From Octopus sinensis (lineage: Eukaryota): DNA of 64,000 nt. The stretch lies in contig NC_043008.1 in the NCBI RefSeq assembly GCF_006345805.1, positions 45,322,001 to 45,386,000 of the forward strand, in the 5' to 3' direction. How positions within the stretch are numbered: the stretch's first letter is position 1; every line of letters begins with the position of its first letter. Under the pieces are notes generated by a model that saw only the letters and a program-made list of their open reading frames with translations, did no database searches and was not told where the DNA came from. This document shows positions 63,666 to 64,000 of the stretch, in pieces. The position numbers were made by a program, and so were the translations under genes.

Positions 63666-64000
63666 TGTGCGTGCGTGCGTGCGTGCGTGCGTGTGTGTGC
63701 GTGCGTGCGTGTGTGCGTGTGTCTGTATGCCTGATAACATTCAACAGAAAATATACAAGTCAATTCATTGCAAATCAAGAAATATGTCAGACAACTTAGT
63801 ACGAAAGAAACTAAGTAAGGCGACATAGAAAAGCTCTAAATAAATCATATTAAATTAAGTAAACGAGATTTCAGTTTTCATGATGTTTCCTTTATCGGCT
63901 CTTTCTTTAATTTTTAAGAAAACTGGTGTCTTCAGAGTAAGAGTACAGCTGACGAACGTACAATTTCGTTAAATATAGCTAAAGTGCATATATACTTTAC

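Noticed and set aside
1-64000. CRISPR arrays, rRNA genes, prokaryotic operon or defence systems
   Set aside because: No regularly spaced repeat-spacer units and no rRNA-like sequence; the organisation is that of repeat-rich animal DNA.

Overview
AT-rich, microsatellite-dense eukaryotic DNA with one 100-N scaffold gap (37473-37572). The SINE/LINE repertoire looks like an octopus (cephalopod) genome; this is inferred from recalled repeat sequences and was not checked. I could not establish any host protein-coding gene; the window is probably intronic or intergenic, and almost all recognisable sequence is transposon-derived. Contents: (1) a ~14 kb cluster (26.9-40.8 kb) of CR1-group LINEs from three families, all embedded in (TA)-rich microsatellites, one with an uninterrupted 854-codon APE-end/RT ORF; (2) many degenerate R4/Dong-type (RT + restriction-like endonuclease) pieces, plus RTE, L1/Tx1, Gypsy, Penelope-like, mariner and Tc1 remnants; (3) several tRNA-headed SINE families. 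Most notable: three distinct minimal type I hammerhead-ribozyme motifs (one fused behind a Pol III tRNA-like head, one duplicated in a perfect 189-bp-arm palindrome, one in a tandem Penelope-like remnant with an inverted tail); a perfect 504-bp inverted repeat enclosing a small unknown ORF with a LINE-like 3' end; a covarying 3' hairpin shared by three LINE families and a SINE; and several foldback elements and nested insertions with readable target-site duplications. Family names come from motif recognition only; no database search was run.
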